Assembly: GCF_024521635.1 (NCBI RefSeq)
Contig: NW_026250412.1
Span: forward strand, 434,001-498,000
Length of the DNA: 64,000 bases
Source of the DNA: Tricharina praecox
Taxonomy: Eukaryota
Reading direction: 5' to 3'
Below the pieces are notes generated by a model. The model made no database searches. It saw only the letters and a list, made by a program, of their open reading frames with translations, and was not told where the DNA came from. Below are positions 48,970 through 62,503 of this stretch, piece after piece (the stretch's first letter is position 1; every line of letters starts with the position of its first letter). The position numbers and the translations under genes are program-made.

Positions 48970-51900
48970 ATGGCTTTCGATCCGGCGTCCTTCAACCCAG
49001 CTGCGGGGTTTCCCGACTTCGCCGACTTGTCGCCCATATTCCATGTCGAACAGGTCCAATTGCAGTTCCAAGTGGCTGCTGATTTTGCTGCTGTTCAGGT
49101 CGCGAACAATGTCATCATTCTAGCTCTTGTTTCCGGAAGGCTTCTGCGCATCGATCTGGCAAATCCGCAAGACGTAGATGGTAGGGAGCATACCTCTCGG
49201 AGCTCTGTGAGGTTGTCGCGACTGACGGTTCGTTGTCAGACATCGACCTCCCAAAGAAAGCATCCGAAGTCGGCACCATTCGAAAGGTCTTTCTCGATCC
49301 TACAGCCTCACACCTCATAATATCCACGAGCCACGGCGAAAACTTCTATCTACACTCACGCTCAACGAAGCCGCGCCATCTCTCGCGATTAAAGTCGGTA
49401 CATATCGAGTGCATTGCATGGTCACCGGCGCTTCCTTCAACGTCCACGCGCGAGATCTTGGTCGGTGCACAAGATGGAAGTGTGTATGAAACCTACATCG
49501 AGGGAGTGGAAGAAAGCTTTATGCGGCGGGAAGAGAAATACTCCAAGCTCGTGTACAAGACGGCGGATGGGTCGCCTGTGACTGGACTGTGGGTGGATAT
49601 GCTACCAGGCAAGCCGGACCTACGCAGGGTGATTCTCACAACACCGAGCTCCATCATGCATTGGGTTGGCCGGATACAACGGTACGGACATGCGGACATC
49701 GCGTCTATCTTTGCAAAGTTCTTTGATTCCGAGGGTCCTAGTAAGCTCCAACAAGCTTCATTTTAAGTCAAAATATCTTGGGGGCTGAACGATGGTTAGG
49801 TGTCGAGGATTTCAGGGATAGTTCTTCGCCATACAGCATGCTTTCGATATCGCCCGAGTCCACGGACGAAGACGATCCTGCGCGTATATACGCTTGGCTG
49901 ACTGCCGCTGGTGTTTACCATGGGAAGCTCCTTACCCAGCCTAGTAGCCCTGAACTTGGTACACATGTGTTTTCCACCTCAAAACTATTCTCGAAGGCGG
50001 CAATACCCACCATGAAATCACCCATAACTTCGATAGCTCTGACGGAATACCATGTGCTTATTCTCTGCGGAACGGATATATATGCGGTCAACCGACTGGA
50101 CGACTCCATTGCCTTCCAGGAAGCAATTGTGGATCCTGGTACCAAAGTACTCGGTCTTTGCTCAGACGTCAAAAAGTCCACGTTCTGGGTCTTCACCACG
50201 GCAGAGATCTTTGAAGTGGTTGTGTCGGATGAAGACAGAGACGTGTGGAAAATATACCTGGCAGAAAAATCTTTCGATGCTGCGATGAGATTTGCTAGAT
50301 TGCCGACTCAGAAGGACCAGGTCGCCGTGGCTCATGGAGACCACCTCGTCGCCCATGGAAAGTATGTGGAGGCAGCCGGTGTGTATGGGAGGAGTAGCAA
50401 GAGTTTCGAAGAAGTTGCTCTTACGTTCTTGGAGAACGGGGAGCAGGACGCTCTGAGGACGTATCTATTGGAGAAACTCGTGACCTTAAAGCCATCTGTG
50501 AGTCCATCTGGTAAGATCTCCTCGTTGAAAATTCTAATACTATTGCAGTCTTCAATGCAGCGGATCATGGTGGCCAGTTGGCTTGTTGAGGTGTTTATGT
50601 CCCGGCTCAATTCACTTGAGGACCAGCTCTCTACTATCACCTCACATGCCCACGCGTCACAGACATCATCAGACGCCATCGCAGCTCAGCTCGCAAATGT
50701 CAAGGAGGAATACCGGCAGTTTGTGAATAAGTACAAAGGCGATCTGGACCGCAAGACCACATATGAGATCATATCTTCGCACGGGCGACAGCACGAGTTG
50801 CTCCACTATGCGAATAGCATCAACGATTACAGCTACGTGCTAGCTTACTGGGTGCAAAGAGAGAAGTGGCTCGAGGGATTGGATGTGCTGAAACGCCAGA
50901 CCGATCCTGAGATGTTTTACAAGTATTCGAGCGTCTTGATGGCCAATGTTCCCATGGAGACTGTGGACATCCTGATGCGGCAATCCAACCTGAAGCCAAG
51001 AAATCTGATACCCGCACTGCTGAACTACAACAAGTTCACGAATGTTCCCCTAAACCAGGTATGTTGCGTATGAAATTCTTGGTGTAATGATGGGTGTTGA
51101 CAGTATGAAGAACCAAGCAGTCCGTTACCTCCTCTACGTAATCCACCAGCTGGGTAGCGAGGATGCCGCCGTACATAATACCCTCATCAGCATCTACGCG
51201 TCACATCTTTCGCAGGACGAGCAGCAACTGTTGCAATACCTCGAGGCACACACCGGCGACTCGCAGTACGACTCAGACTTCGCGTTGAGATTGTGCATCC
51301 AACACGGCCATGTGCAAAGCTGCGTGCACATCTACTCGAGCATGGGGCAATACGCCGACGCGGTCGAACTGGCACTGAAGCACGGAAATGTCGAGCTAGC
51401 GAGCATCGTTGCAGATAGACCAGAAGATGATCCTGTGTTGCGCAAGAAGCTGTGGTTGTCAGTGGCAAAGAAGGTCATTGCGAAGTCGGACAGCACCAAG
51501 AAGTTTGTGTGCCCTTCTATCTTTTTACAGCGATTACTAACCGAAGGCTACCTGCAGCGCCATTGAGTTCTTACGGCGATGCGAGCTTCTCAAGATTGAA
51601 GATCTGATACCCTTTTTCCCAGATTTTGTAGTGATCGATGATTTCAAGGAAGAAATTTGCACCGCTTTGGAGGACTATAGCCACAACATAGACCAACTAA
51701 AGAAGGAAATGGACGAATCTGCTCGGACGGCGGAACATATTCGGGGTGACATCGCGTCGCTCGACCGAAGGTATGCGATTGTCGAGCCGGGCGAGCGGTG
51801 TTATGTCTGTCAATACCCGTTGTTGTCGCGTCAGTTCTTCGTCTTCCCCTGTCAACATGCATTCCATGGCGACTGCTTGACGACGGAGGTTGTTAGACAC

Positions 51901-52171
51901 TCTGGCGTCGGCAAAAGCCGAAGGATCGAAGACCTGCAGAACGGCATTCAACGCGGACTGGTCACAGGGAGGAAGAGGGAAAAAGCAGTAGAAGATCTTG
52001 ACAATCTTGTTGCATCCGAATGGTGAGTCCTTCCTATTGCTGATGGAGCGGGGAACCTAAAGGCTAACTATATACGCTACCTGCAGCATCCTGTGCAGTG
52101 AGTTTGCTATCAAGAGGATCGATGAGCCGTTTGTCCTTCCTACAGATGATCTCGCAGAGTGGGCAGTTTGA
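48970..52171 (+). CDS. PEP3: HOPS/CORVET subunit Pep3/Vps18 (multi-exon)
   Basis: AQVANN-like start, FLDPTASHLII, SFEEVALTF, LLKIEDLIPFFPDFVVIDDFKEEIC and a C-terminal RING (CYVC...FPCQHAFHGDC...CILC). Confidence 0.94.
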
Positions 52172-52701
52172 GCGGTGACGGAATTTATGTTGTTGTACGC
52201 TGTACGTAGTCAGGATATCCATGGAGCATAGTGATGATTTAGGCATTGGCGGGCGTTATGAGAGCTTGGATTTACTCTTGATTGAGGTTGCCGACGCTAC
52301 TCCAAGTCCTGCAAGCGAGTGACGGTGATGTGTATGGCTCGTCTCTTATCGTGCATGTGTCCGGCGTCCTCAATTAGTGCTTCGCTCGCGTCCCAGCCAC
52401 ACAGAGCGGGAAGAGTCCGCGTTTGGTCCCCTGCCTGACCACAGGTGCACGAACTCGACGAATTGGAAAGCTGGCTGAGAGCAGGGTCTCTTTTTCGAGG
52501 AGATCCCTTGGACAGCACGCAATCCAACTTGCCAAGATTTCCCTTGCTTAGATTTTTTTCCATGCACACTACCCCGCCAGTCCCCCCGCCGCCCCTTTAT
52601 CTTTGTCTCCCACCCGCCATTCTCTCCCTCCGTCCTCCATCTCTCCCTCCCATCCCTTAGACATCTTCTCATTTCCACCTACGAGTCGAGTTCTAAGCAA
52701 A

Positions 52702-55329
52702 ATGGTTCAATCGTAAGTCAATTGAGCCCCACTGTGATGATTGAGTTGGATTCGCTGACAGTTTGAACAGATCAGTCCTCGGGTTCCCCCGCATGGGAGG
52801 TCAGTTTACCGTTTACCGGAGTGCAATGTTTGCTGGGGATGTCGGAGGATGAAGTTGCTAACTCAATTCCTTTTCCACAGCCAACCGTGAGCTCAAGAAG
52901 GCCACTGAAGCTTACTGGTCCGGAAAGATCTCTCAGGAGTCTTTGATCGAGACCGGAAAGACCCTCCGTGCTGCTCACTGGAAGCTCCAGAAGGATGCCG
53001 GTGCCGACATCATTGCCAGCAACGACTTTTCGTTCTACGACCAGGTCCTTGACCACATCCAGATGTTCAACGTAAGCCCTTCACCGCTCAATTGACCTCC
53101 TTGACTCAATTCGCTGACTGGGTGGATGATAGGCTGTCCCCGAGAGGTACCGCAAGTACGACCTCAACGCTCTTGACGAGTTCTTCGCCATGGGTCGTGG
53201 TCTGCAGCGTGCTGCCACTGAGACGACTGCTGCTGTCGATGTTACTGCTTTGGTAAGTTGCTTCCGGGGTTTGTGCAGCTGTGTTGGACTCAATGAGTTA
53301 CCCCACCGGCTGGTCTTGCCACAAACAGAAATATTAATGGCGCTGTTCTGTACTATAGGAGATGGTGAAATGGTTTGACAGCAACTACCACTACGTCCGT
53401 CCTACTCTCCTGGACGGTCAGACTTTCACCCTGTCTGCCGACCCCAAGCCCGTCCGCGACTTCCTTGAGGCCAAGGCCCAGGGTATCGTCACACGCCCCG
53501 TCATCCTCGGACCCGTCTCTTTCCTCCACCTCGGAAAGCCTGACCGTGGTGCCTCTGTCGACCCCATCACCCTCCTCGACGCTCTCCTGCCCGTCTACGA
53601 GCAGCTCTTGATCAAGTTGGCCGAGGCTGGTGCCGAGACTGTCCAGATCGACGAGCCTGTCCTGGTTCTCGACCTTCCCCAGAAGAGCAAGGATGCTTTT
53701 GGCCCCGCCTACGAGAAGTTCGCTGCTCTCGGAAGCAAGATCCCCAAGCTCGTCTTGGCCACCTACTTCGGTGACATCGTCCACAACCTAGACGTTCTCC
53801 CCAAGACCACTGCCGGTGTCCACGTCGACCTTGTTCGTGCTCCCGCGCAGCTCGAGGAGGTCATCAAGACCCTCGGATCTAGCCAGGTCCTCTCCGTTGG
53901 TGTTGTTGATGGACGTAACATCTGGAAGACCAACTTCCAGACCGCCATTGCCACTGTCCAGAAGGCCGTCCAGGCCCTCGGCGCTGAGCGTGTCATCGTT
54001 GCCACCTCTTCTTCCCTCCTCCACACTCCCCACACCCTCTCTTCCGAGAAGAACCTTCCCACCGAGGTTGCCGACTGGTTCTCTTTCGCCGCCGAGAAGG
54101 CCAAGGAGGTCACCACCATTGCCAAGGCTGTCACCGCTGGCCCCGCTGAGCTCAAGGCTGAGCTCGAGGCCAACGCTGCCTCCATGAAGGCCCGTGCCAC
54201 ATCCAGCCGCACCAACGACCCCGCCGTCAAGGAGCGTCAGTCCAAGATCACCCCCGAGATGTACAACCGCAAGTCTGCTTTCCCCGAGCGTATCGCCTCC
54301 CAGCAGGCTCACCTCAACCTCCCCCTCTTTCCCACCACCACCATCGGTTCTTTCCCCCAGACTAAGGAAATCCGTATCAACCGTCAGAAGTTCACCAAGG
54401 GTGACATCACTGCCGAGCAGTACGAGAAGTTCATCGAGCAGGAGATCGAGCTCGTCGTCCGCGAGCAGGAGGCTCTTGGCCTCGATGTTCTCGTCCACGG
54501 AGAGCCCGAGCGTAACGACATGGTTCAGTACTTCGGTGAGCGCCTGAACGGTTACGTCTTCACTACCCACGCCTGGGTCCAGTCCTACGGATCCCGTTGC
54601 GTGCGTCCCCCGATCGTTGTCGGTGACATCTCGCGCCCTGCTCCCATGACCGTCAAGGAGTCCAAGTACGCCGCCTCGATCACCGACCGCCCCATGAAGG
54701 GTATGCTCACTGGTCCCATCACCTGTCTGCGGTGGTCGTTCCCCCGTGACGACGTTCACCAGTCCGTCCAGGCCGAGCAGCTCGCTCTTGCCCTCCGTGA
54801 CGAGGTTGTTGACCTCGAGGCTGCTGGTGTCAAGGTCATCCAGGTTGACGAGCCTGCTCTCCGTGAGGGACTTCCCCTGAGGAAGGGTGCCGAGCGTGAG
54901 GCGTACCTCGACTGGGCCGTCAAGTCGTTCCGTCTTGCCACCACCGGTGTCGAGAACAACACTCAGATCCACTCGCACTTCTGCTACTCTGAGTTCCAGG
55001 ACTTCTTCCACGCCATCACTGCGCTCGACGCCGATGTTCTCTCGATTGAGAACTCCAAGTCGGACGCTAAGCTCCTCAAGGTCTTCGAGGACGAGGCTTA
55101 CCCCCGTCACATCGGCCCCGGTGTCTACGACATCCACTCTCCCCGTGTTCCCTCAGAGGAGGAGATCAAGACCCGCATCGAGGAGATGTTAACCTACCTC
55201 AAGCCTGAGCAGCTGTGGATCGACCCCGACTGTGGTCTTAAAACCCGTCAATGGGCCGAGACCCGTGCCGCTCTGAAGAACATGGTCTCTGCTGCCAAGT
55301 TCTTCCGTGAGAAGCACTCCAAGGCTTAA
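52702..55329 (+). CDS. MET6: Cobalamin-independent methionine synthase (5 exons)
   Basis: MVQS|SVLGFPRMG, MVKWFDSNYHY, PTTTIGSFPQT, HGEPERNDMV, WVQSYGSRCVRPP, HFCYSEF and PDCGLKTR. Strong C-ending codon bias. Confidence 0.97.
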
Positions 55330-55691
55330 TTTGTCGGTTCCTTGTGTTTTTCACGATTTTAATTTGTAGCATCTCTAGGATAGGGGTTGTGAGGTAGGAA
55401 GGATTCAACATCGGCGTTTTGTGGTGCAAAAAGTCCAACTTTTATTGCGGATTTCGATTTCTTTTCATTTTCATTTCAGGGTATGGGTTGGAAAAGGGTT
55501 TTCTCGTCTGGGTGCATTTCGATCTCTTCGGTTCAGCCATTGTTACCATCAACTGGTAAACACTCTGATAACTTGTAATAGTTATCCTGAAGAATAATAC
55601 AACAATTGTTCTTCCTTCGTACGCTCGTGCTGCATGTCTAGCATGCTCGTGTTTGTGCTGTGATGTGTCTCCCTTCTGACCTTGACCTCCT

Positions 55692-56472
55692 TCACCCCAG
55701 ATTTGGCCAGTCGTTCAACAGCTTGACCACCTGCGGCACCTCCAAATGATCCCGAGTATTCGCCATCCGATGGCACCACTCCAGTTTCTGATCCACCCAC
55801 AGGAACTCCCCACCATTCTATGCAAGTGTATATCGCATCAGCACCCATCCCACCCATGCCACCCACTCCCTCCCTCCCTATGTATATAGGTTCTCATCAA
55901 CCACTCACCCTGGCAAAGTTCCCGCCACTAAACACGCCGCCTTTCAGGCCACCGACAACACCGTTCCAGATCCCGGTCAACACGGGTGTGGTGATGTACT
56001 CTGGCTTCTTTGCGCCGAGCCCGAACGACTTGTGCATCCCCAGCGCGCTGTACACCGCCCCGCTCGGGTCGCTGTAGATGTCCCATGGCGCCCCCAGATC
56101 GGCTTTGTACCCGGCGATCTGCGACGGCGAGCCGCACCCGATTATTATCAGCTTCTTGCCATGCGCGGCCAGTGCAGAGGGGGATAGTAAGGGCGCGGAG
56201 ATGAGGGTGCGGATGTAGCTGTGGGGTGTTAGTCCAAGGGGAGAGTGGTGGGGGAGGGGAGGCGGGGGGGAGAGGGAGGGGGAGGGGGACTCTTGACAGT
56301 TGCCGCAGTAGAAGTGTCGGATGAAGATGGTCAGTATGTAGTCTGGCTGGCCTGTGGTCAGCAGCTGCGGCAAAGTTGTGGCCGCCCCCGTGTGGTCGTA
56401 GACGTTCAGCTTGGAGAGCTTTTGGAGCGCTGTGGCGGGTGGTAGGGCGTCGGAGGTCAGTGTGGTGGACAT
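55692..56472 (-). CDS. AhpC/TSA-like (peroxiredoxin-like 2 / AAED1-type) thioredoxin-fold protein (3 exons)
   Basis: IFIRHFYCGNCQ (CxxC), IIIGCG, IYSDPSGAVYSALGM and GGNFAR|NGGEFL..WCHRMANTRDHLE. Confidence 0.85.
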
Positions 56473-57618
56473 TTTGTGCGCGCGGAGGCAGGTTTGCGTG
56501 TGGTGACGAGGGGGAGGTGGACGAAGTTCTTGTGTTATCGTCGGCGACGGACGGTGACGCTGACGCTGACCGAGACGCTGGCCGAGACGGGGCCGCGGTT
56601 GTTTCATCTTCGATGGTGGTACATACAAAGGTGGGTATGTCAGCGCTGACGTGAAGCAGCCCCTCAGGGCCTCAGCTGGATCTGAGACTGGGGAACTGGG
56701 GATCCGCGATTCACGTGGGATAGGTGCCATGGCATAGATATCTGGAGAATTATATTGCCGGAATGTCGGGTGCCGCCGATGTCAGAGGCCGGCACGGTAC
56801 GCAAGCAGCCGTGCTATCTATCTAGCGATTCTAGCCTGCTTCGATTCACGTGTAGTTATAGTAGAGTGTCGGATCCTCTGCCCAGTGCCCAGTGCCATAG
56901 CCTCACTCCCTGCTGCCCATCCATCCTCCGCGCGATCTTCCCCGCCACAAAGCTTCGCCATCTCGCCATCGCATCAGCTCTACTCGGGCCGGCGGGGTTC
57001 CGAAGCATACTCTGGAGGAAGGAGACATTGGGCAGGCGGAGCAGCGTTCCGGTACCGGGCAAAGCCCCAGAAACCAGAATACCTACTGTAGGAGCCCATG
57101 GGTTCGGGAGCAGGATGAAGTATGGAACTCATTATTTCCAAGGAGGAGGAGCAGGGAACCTTCCACGACGCCTAACAGAATTAGATATCGGAATCCGCAA
57201 TTCTCCATGCTCCGTTCTCGAAGACCGCGCAATCGCACGTCTCCCGAGTCCTTACACGTGCTTGGCGCCACTATCCAATCCAAGTCTCCCACTTCACCGC
57301 GTCACTGGCATTCCATTCGTGACAGGGGTGGCTGGCTGGCTGGCTGGCTGGATAATCGAAGACACCTGTTTTCGATCGCTCTGTCTGAGAAAAACCTTGG
57401 ACGGAACGGAAACGAGAAATAGAGTATCTAACTACTTGCTGCGGCCTGCCTGCTTGCTGTTCTCTTCTCCTCCTTCTCTCCCGTACCTCTCATCGCCCGC
57501 GCGAAATCCTCACAAACCCCCCTCCCACCACCGCCAGCAAGCCCGCGCAAGCGACACGCACGAATCGAAACAAGCCTAAACGTAGCTCGCCACCTAGCCT
57601 CCACCTCCACCCCTACAT

Positions 57619-58855
57619 ATGTCCACCGCGCCGTTTGCCTCTCCGTCATCACCGGCTGCGGCCTTCGCCGGGCAAGCCCGCGGAGCGCGGCCGCGCCGCC
57701 CATCGTTTACAGAGTCGTACATGAACTCGCGGGCGCCGCTGGGGGCGCTCGCGGCAACGGGCGACGCAATCGGCAGTGCGCCGTCGCTGGCAGACCTGCG
57801 GCGGCACAGTGTTGAGCGTCGGAGGAGCTCGGGCGCCGCGAGGCGCGCAAGCTCCGTTAGTGCCCTTGGGACGTCCGCGAGTCCGCCTATTGCTGAGAGG
57901 AGGAGTGAAGATACTCGTGGGGTGGGTGGGCTTGTTGTTGTTGCTGCGGTGGAGGGGGGTGGGGTGCAGCTGGGGGAGGGTGTGGAGAAGCGTAATGGTG
58001 TCGGGAATGGGGAGGTGGAGAGTGGTGATGATGACGATGACGAAAAACCCGGCTGGTGGGCGGTCACAGTCAGCGGCCTCAAGGCGTTCTGGAAGTTTTT
58101 CAAAACGTGGACGGGATTCTTCGTGACGATTTACATGCTCAACGGTACGTACATCCCCCCCCCCATCCCCCCCCCAGCACTAACGCAGCAACACAGTAAT
58201 CGCCTGGGGCGGCATGCTCTTCCTCCTTCTCTGCAACGCCTCACCCGCAATGTGCCACCCAACCTGCAACGACCTGCAGTCACCACGGCGGATCTGGATC
58301 GAAATCACCTCTCAAATCCTGAACACGCTGTTCTGCCTGACGGGGTTCGGGCTGATCCCGTGGCGCTTCCGCGACCTGTTCCACCTGCTCAACTGGCGCC
58401 TCAAGGGTAACAAGATGGGCTACATCAAGCTGCAGGAGATAAACCAGGACTGGTACCGGCCCAAGGCTTCCACTGCCTCTGCCGCCGCGCAGGACGAGGA
58501 GGGGGCCGCGCAGGACGGGGAGGAGGAAGAGGAGGAAACCCTGACCGGCCAACATGCGCCCCCCACCGGCAGCTGGAAGCTCGACTACGTCATCTGGCTG
58601 TACGTCTGGAATACGTTCTTCCAGGCGTGTCTGAGCGGGTTCATGTGGGGGATGAACCGGTATGACCGCCCGAGCTGGAGCACGGGGTTGTTTGTCGCGC
58701 TGTCGTTTATTGTGGCCGGGTTGGCGGGCGGACAGGTGTGGTGGGAGACCAGGAAGGTCAAGAAGATTGAGGGAGACCGGAAGAAGGAGGAGAAGAAGAA
58801 GGCGTTGAAGGAGGAGAAGAGGGAGAAGGAGAAGGCGAGGGCTAGGGCTGAGTAG
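57619..58855 (+). CDS. DUF2985-like membrane protein; intron ~58145-58197
   Basis: GFFVTIYMLN|VIAWGGMLFLLLCNASPAMC, RRIWIEITSQILNTLFC.TGFGLIPWRFRD and MNRYDRPSWSTG. Confidence 0.82.
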
Positions 58856-59696
58856 ATGATTTGATACCCACCTGGGAAGTACACATGCGTTTTTGGTGTT
58901 TTTGGTTGGCATGGTGGCATTGTGGCATTGTGGCATGGCATGGCATGTGGGATGCAACAGCGATGATACCGATTGTAATTCTAGTTTTCCTATTCTTCTG
59001 TGTCTTTTCTATGTCTTTTTTGTGTCTTTTTTTTGTTCTGCGGGTGTTGGGATGGTACATACATATGGGGTTCAAGAGAGATGGGTTTTTGGTCCGGATA
59101 CCGAGTTCGTTCTCCGTATATCACTCGTGCATACACGTAAAATCACGATACTGCGCGCGTTGGGAGCTCAGGAAACGGGAATAAAGGAGGAGGGCGCTGA
59201 AGTCGGGGAGCCGGGATCACTCCCGCTGTTCCTCGCCACACTATGTACGGTATCTTTCATGGCATCTCCTGATGGAGAGGCAGGAGCGGAATGTATCTTT
59301 TCCCAGCATTATTTCCCTAGTGCGTTCTACATATACACGTATCGATGCCAGATGAGGCAGGCCATGGCGGAGGATAAGTAGCTGGGGGAAGCTAAATCGG
59401 CCCGCTTGACGAAAGTTGAGCTGGAGTCTGGACAGTGGACATGGAAACCGAAACGGAGTGTGTATATTGCCATGATCTAGCCACATCTCAGGCCGCATGC
59501 GATCAATGATTAAACAAACCCCCCCAAAAAGGCCCACTGCTTGCGGCGTAGATGGCAGGACATCATTAACGGAGTCCAAGTGCCTGCGTTCGATGCTCCA
59601 ATCTCAATCCCGATATCTCACTCGTGCCCCAGTCCCAATCTCAGTCCAATCCCAGTCTCAGTCCCGTCCAGTCAATCATTTCCAGCGTTCATTCCA

Positions 59697-59809
59697 TACT
59701 TAGGTGTTACTTAGGTATTACTTAGGTGCTACTTAGGTGCTACTTTACTTTACTTTACTTACAAAAAAATCCACGGCATGAGCTGAGCAGGTATCAATAT
59801 CAATCAATC

Positions 59810-59855
<46 letters not shown>
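59697..59855. repeat. Compound simple repeat: (TACTTAGGTRY)x4, then (TACTT)x4, then a (TCAA)n tract
   Basis: 11-mers at 59697-59740, 5-mers at 59741-59760 and a TCAA run at ~59793-59855. Confidence 0.9.
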
Positions 59856-59858
<3 letters not shown>

Positions 59859-60036
59859 ACACACCATTCGCATAAAAGAACCGACTTTAGAAATCAAATA
59901 CAACACAAAGAATTATATCCCTATTTACGCCAACGGGGACAGAAAGAAAAGAAGAAAAAAAAAGAAAAAAGCGCACACCGTCGTCCAATCTTCTTACAAC
60001 CCCCCACCCTAATCACCACTCCACGCATCCACGCAT

Positions 60037-62503
60037 CTAAAACATACCAAACTTCTTCTTCTTCTTCTTCTTGTCCTCCTCGTAGTACGGACGGTTAGGC
60101 TTATGATGCACGGTGAGCCCGCCCATCTCCTTTACTGGGGGCGCATGGGCTTGCGGTGCCGGTGTCGCTGGTGCAGCAGGTCTATGGACAGGCTGTGGTG
60201 GCGGTGGTGGCGCAGGCTTTGGGATTACCGGATCGGGGTCCGTGAGATGCTTCGGTACCGTCTTTACCGGGACATCGGCCGGCATCTTGAGTTTGTCCCG
60301 CGATTCGGATAAGCCCTGGAGTTGCGAGAGGAAGGAATTGGGTGATATCATGTGGCTGGTGCCGAGGAATACGTCACGGAGAGAGGCGCGGGACATTTCG
60401 TAGCAGACGCGCGCTTCCGAGAAGGTTGCGCCGCCGGCCATGAATACAATCACACGTTGGCGGGGCTCGATGATGGAGTTGCGGGATTTGGCGGCCCAGG
60501 TGGGTTTGGCGGAGCGGAGGGATTGGGAACCCGAGTCGGTGGAGCTTCCGGTACTCATAGATACTAGTTCGGGCTTGATGTAGGGGAAGATCAAGGGGTC
60601 CAGAACGCCAGATTTGTGGTCCTCGAGCATCTGCTTCATCGCGGTTGCGTACCGTGAGAAGTCGTTGGGCTCTTCGTCGGCTCCGGGTAGAGGCCGGGGT
60701 TTCCGGAACCTGTTGCGGTTGGGTGTGGGATCTTTCAGAGGTTTGGTGATGCGGGCGCCGAGGAGGTGGAGGGAGCGGACCACGCGCTCGTCAATGCGCC
60801 GTAGGACCGAGTGGAAGATCAGCTTCTGAAGGTCGCCTTCCAGCAGGCCGTCTTTGAAGAGTAAGTAGAGTATTATCAAACGTAATCGCTCAGGAGGTCT
60901 TAGATGCAGTTAGCAAGTGAGCATTGCTGCGATCGCAACAGAGAGCTTACCCTAGAGCCGGATCATCCAGGAGTCGGACAAGAGTATCGGCAGCATTTCG
61001 TGGTGGACGACCGGTTTCATCCAGTCCAGTCGAGAGTGACTATTCACAACGTAAGTGACAGACCATGATGGAGACACTCGATTATCAAGAAGATACCTGT
61101 TCTAAAAGCGCAACCTCCGGCAACTTCTTCGTTTCAAACTGACCCATACATTCCTGGGCCATAGTCAAATGTAACGAGTACATATCCTTCTGACCCTGGT
61201 ATTGCGGCAAGCTAGCCATCATATCCCTGATGGCGTACAGACTTGTCGACGACTGGCTGTCGACGAAGTTCTTGTTGTCTCCCAAAAACTTATCAAAGTC
61301 GGCCATCAGCTGGTCGATGGTATCCTTCATGTGTTGATGCCTGTTGGCAACCCAGACCTGGTCCTCGTCGCTGATGGTCATCTCCTTCTCCTCCGACTCC
61401 CCCGTCGAGGTCGTTATGTCCACCTTGTACGTGATCGTATCCCCTTCCTTGATGTCGAGAAGATCCTGTGCCATGGCCTGATACGTAAACTCGTGCAGGA
61501 ATGGCGCATACAGGTCCATGGATCTGTCTACGATGAACAACACACCACGTGGGCGATTTCCCGCGGGTGGCGGGAACTCCGGGTGTCTCTTTGTGTATTC
61601 GTCCAGCTCTTCCTGGACATTCTTTGCCAAAATCTCCGACAGTACGCGTGCCTCGTGCAACATAAACCCCGGAGGTCGGTAGTATCGGATTGTGGGATAC
61701 TCTCCGAGCGATACACACGCACACACGATCTTACGCGCCATGTCGGCGAGATGCTGCGACACCAAGCCCCGACACTCCGGGTGGTATAGGTTGAAGAATG
61801 AGGTGGACTCGCGCATGGTAAAGAGATGGGACTCGCGGGGGAAGAAATCGATCGAGAGGACACGTTCGCCGCGTATGAAACCACGAGCTGGGGAATTGAG
61901 GATTTGCTGCCGCAACTGATTATCGAGCTCTGTGTCGTGCCATTAGCACTAACCTCGAGCTCCCCCTCCCCTCAAATCCCGTATGCATACCAGAAGTCCA
62001 CAACAGATGCGCAGCAGTGTACCGTGGCCGTTCCCGCGCAAAGTCGGAGATCAGGCACTTCACCGAGAAATCGTCTGGCGTGAGGATATAGATACATTCC
62101 ATGGGCTGTGGCACGCGCTTCTCCTCGATCTTCCTCACCTCTGTTGATCCCGCCCGACATCCATCAGCACTCTTTGCCAACACTCGACGACAGTAGCGGC
62201 GGCGTACGTACCCGACACTTTCTCGTCCAAAATATGGTGCTCCTCCATCACATTCGTCAACAGCCTGTAGCTCTTTTCGTCGGTGACGACACATCGCCAC
62301 TATCCACACTCGTTAGTATGGCAAGGAGAATGTCGAGGGCAGGTTGGGTAGGTAATGCGGACCGTATTCGGGGGGTTTGTAGTCCGTATGGCCTCAATGA
62401 CAGCTGAGGAAAGGCACCATTAGTTTGACAGATTCCCAGGGGAGGGTGGGGGATCTTCAAGGTATGTCGTACCGTTCTTCTGGATCTCTAATAGAGAGAC
62501 CAT
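60037..62503 (-). CDS. SEC1: Sec1/Munc18 family exocytic SM protein (multi-exon)
   Basis: [17 protein letters not shown]...|[43 protein letters not shown] and [11 protein letters not shown]. Basic C-terminus [10 protein letters not shown]. Confidence 0.93.

Noticed and set aside
52735-52759. GTGATGA...CTGA inside MET6 intron 1
   Set aside because: Only 14 nt between the boxes, and the CTGA is the intron branch site.
53788-55137. 449-aa antisense ORF overlapping MET6 (similar ones overlap CCT5 and GND1)
   Set aside because: Expected by-product of strong C-ending codon bias in highly expressed genes; no recognisable protein.
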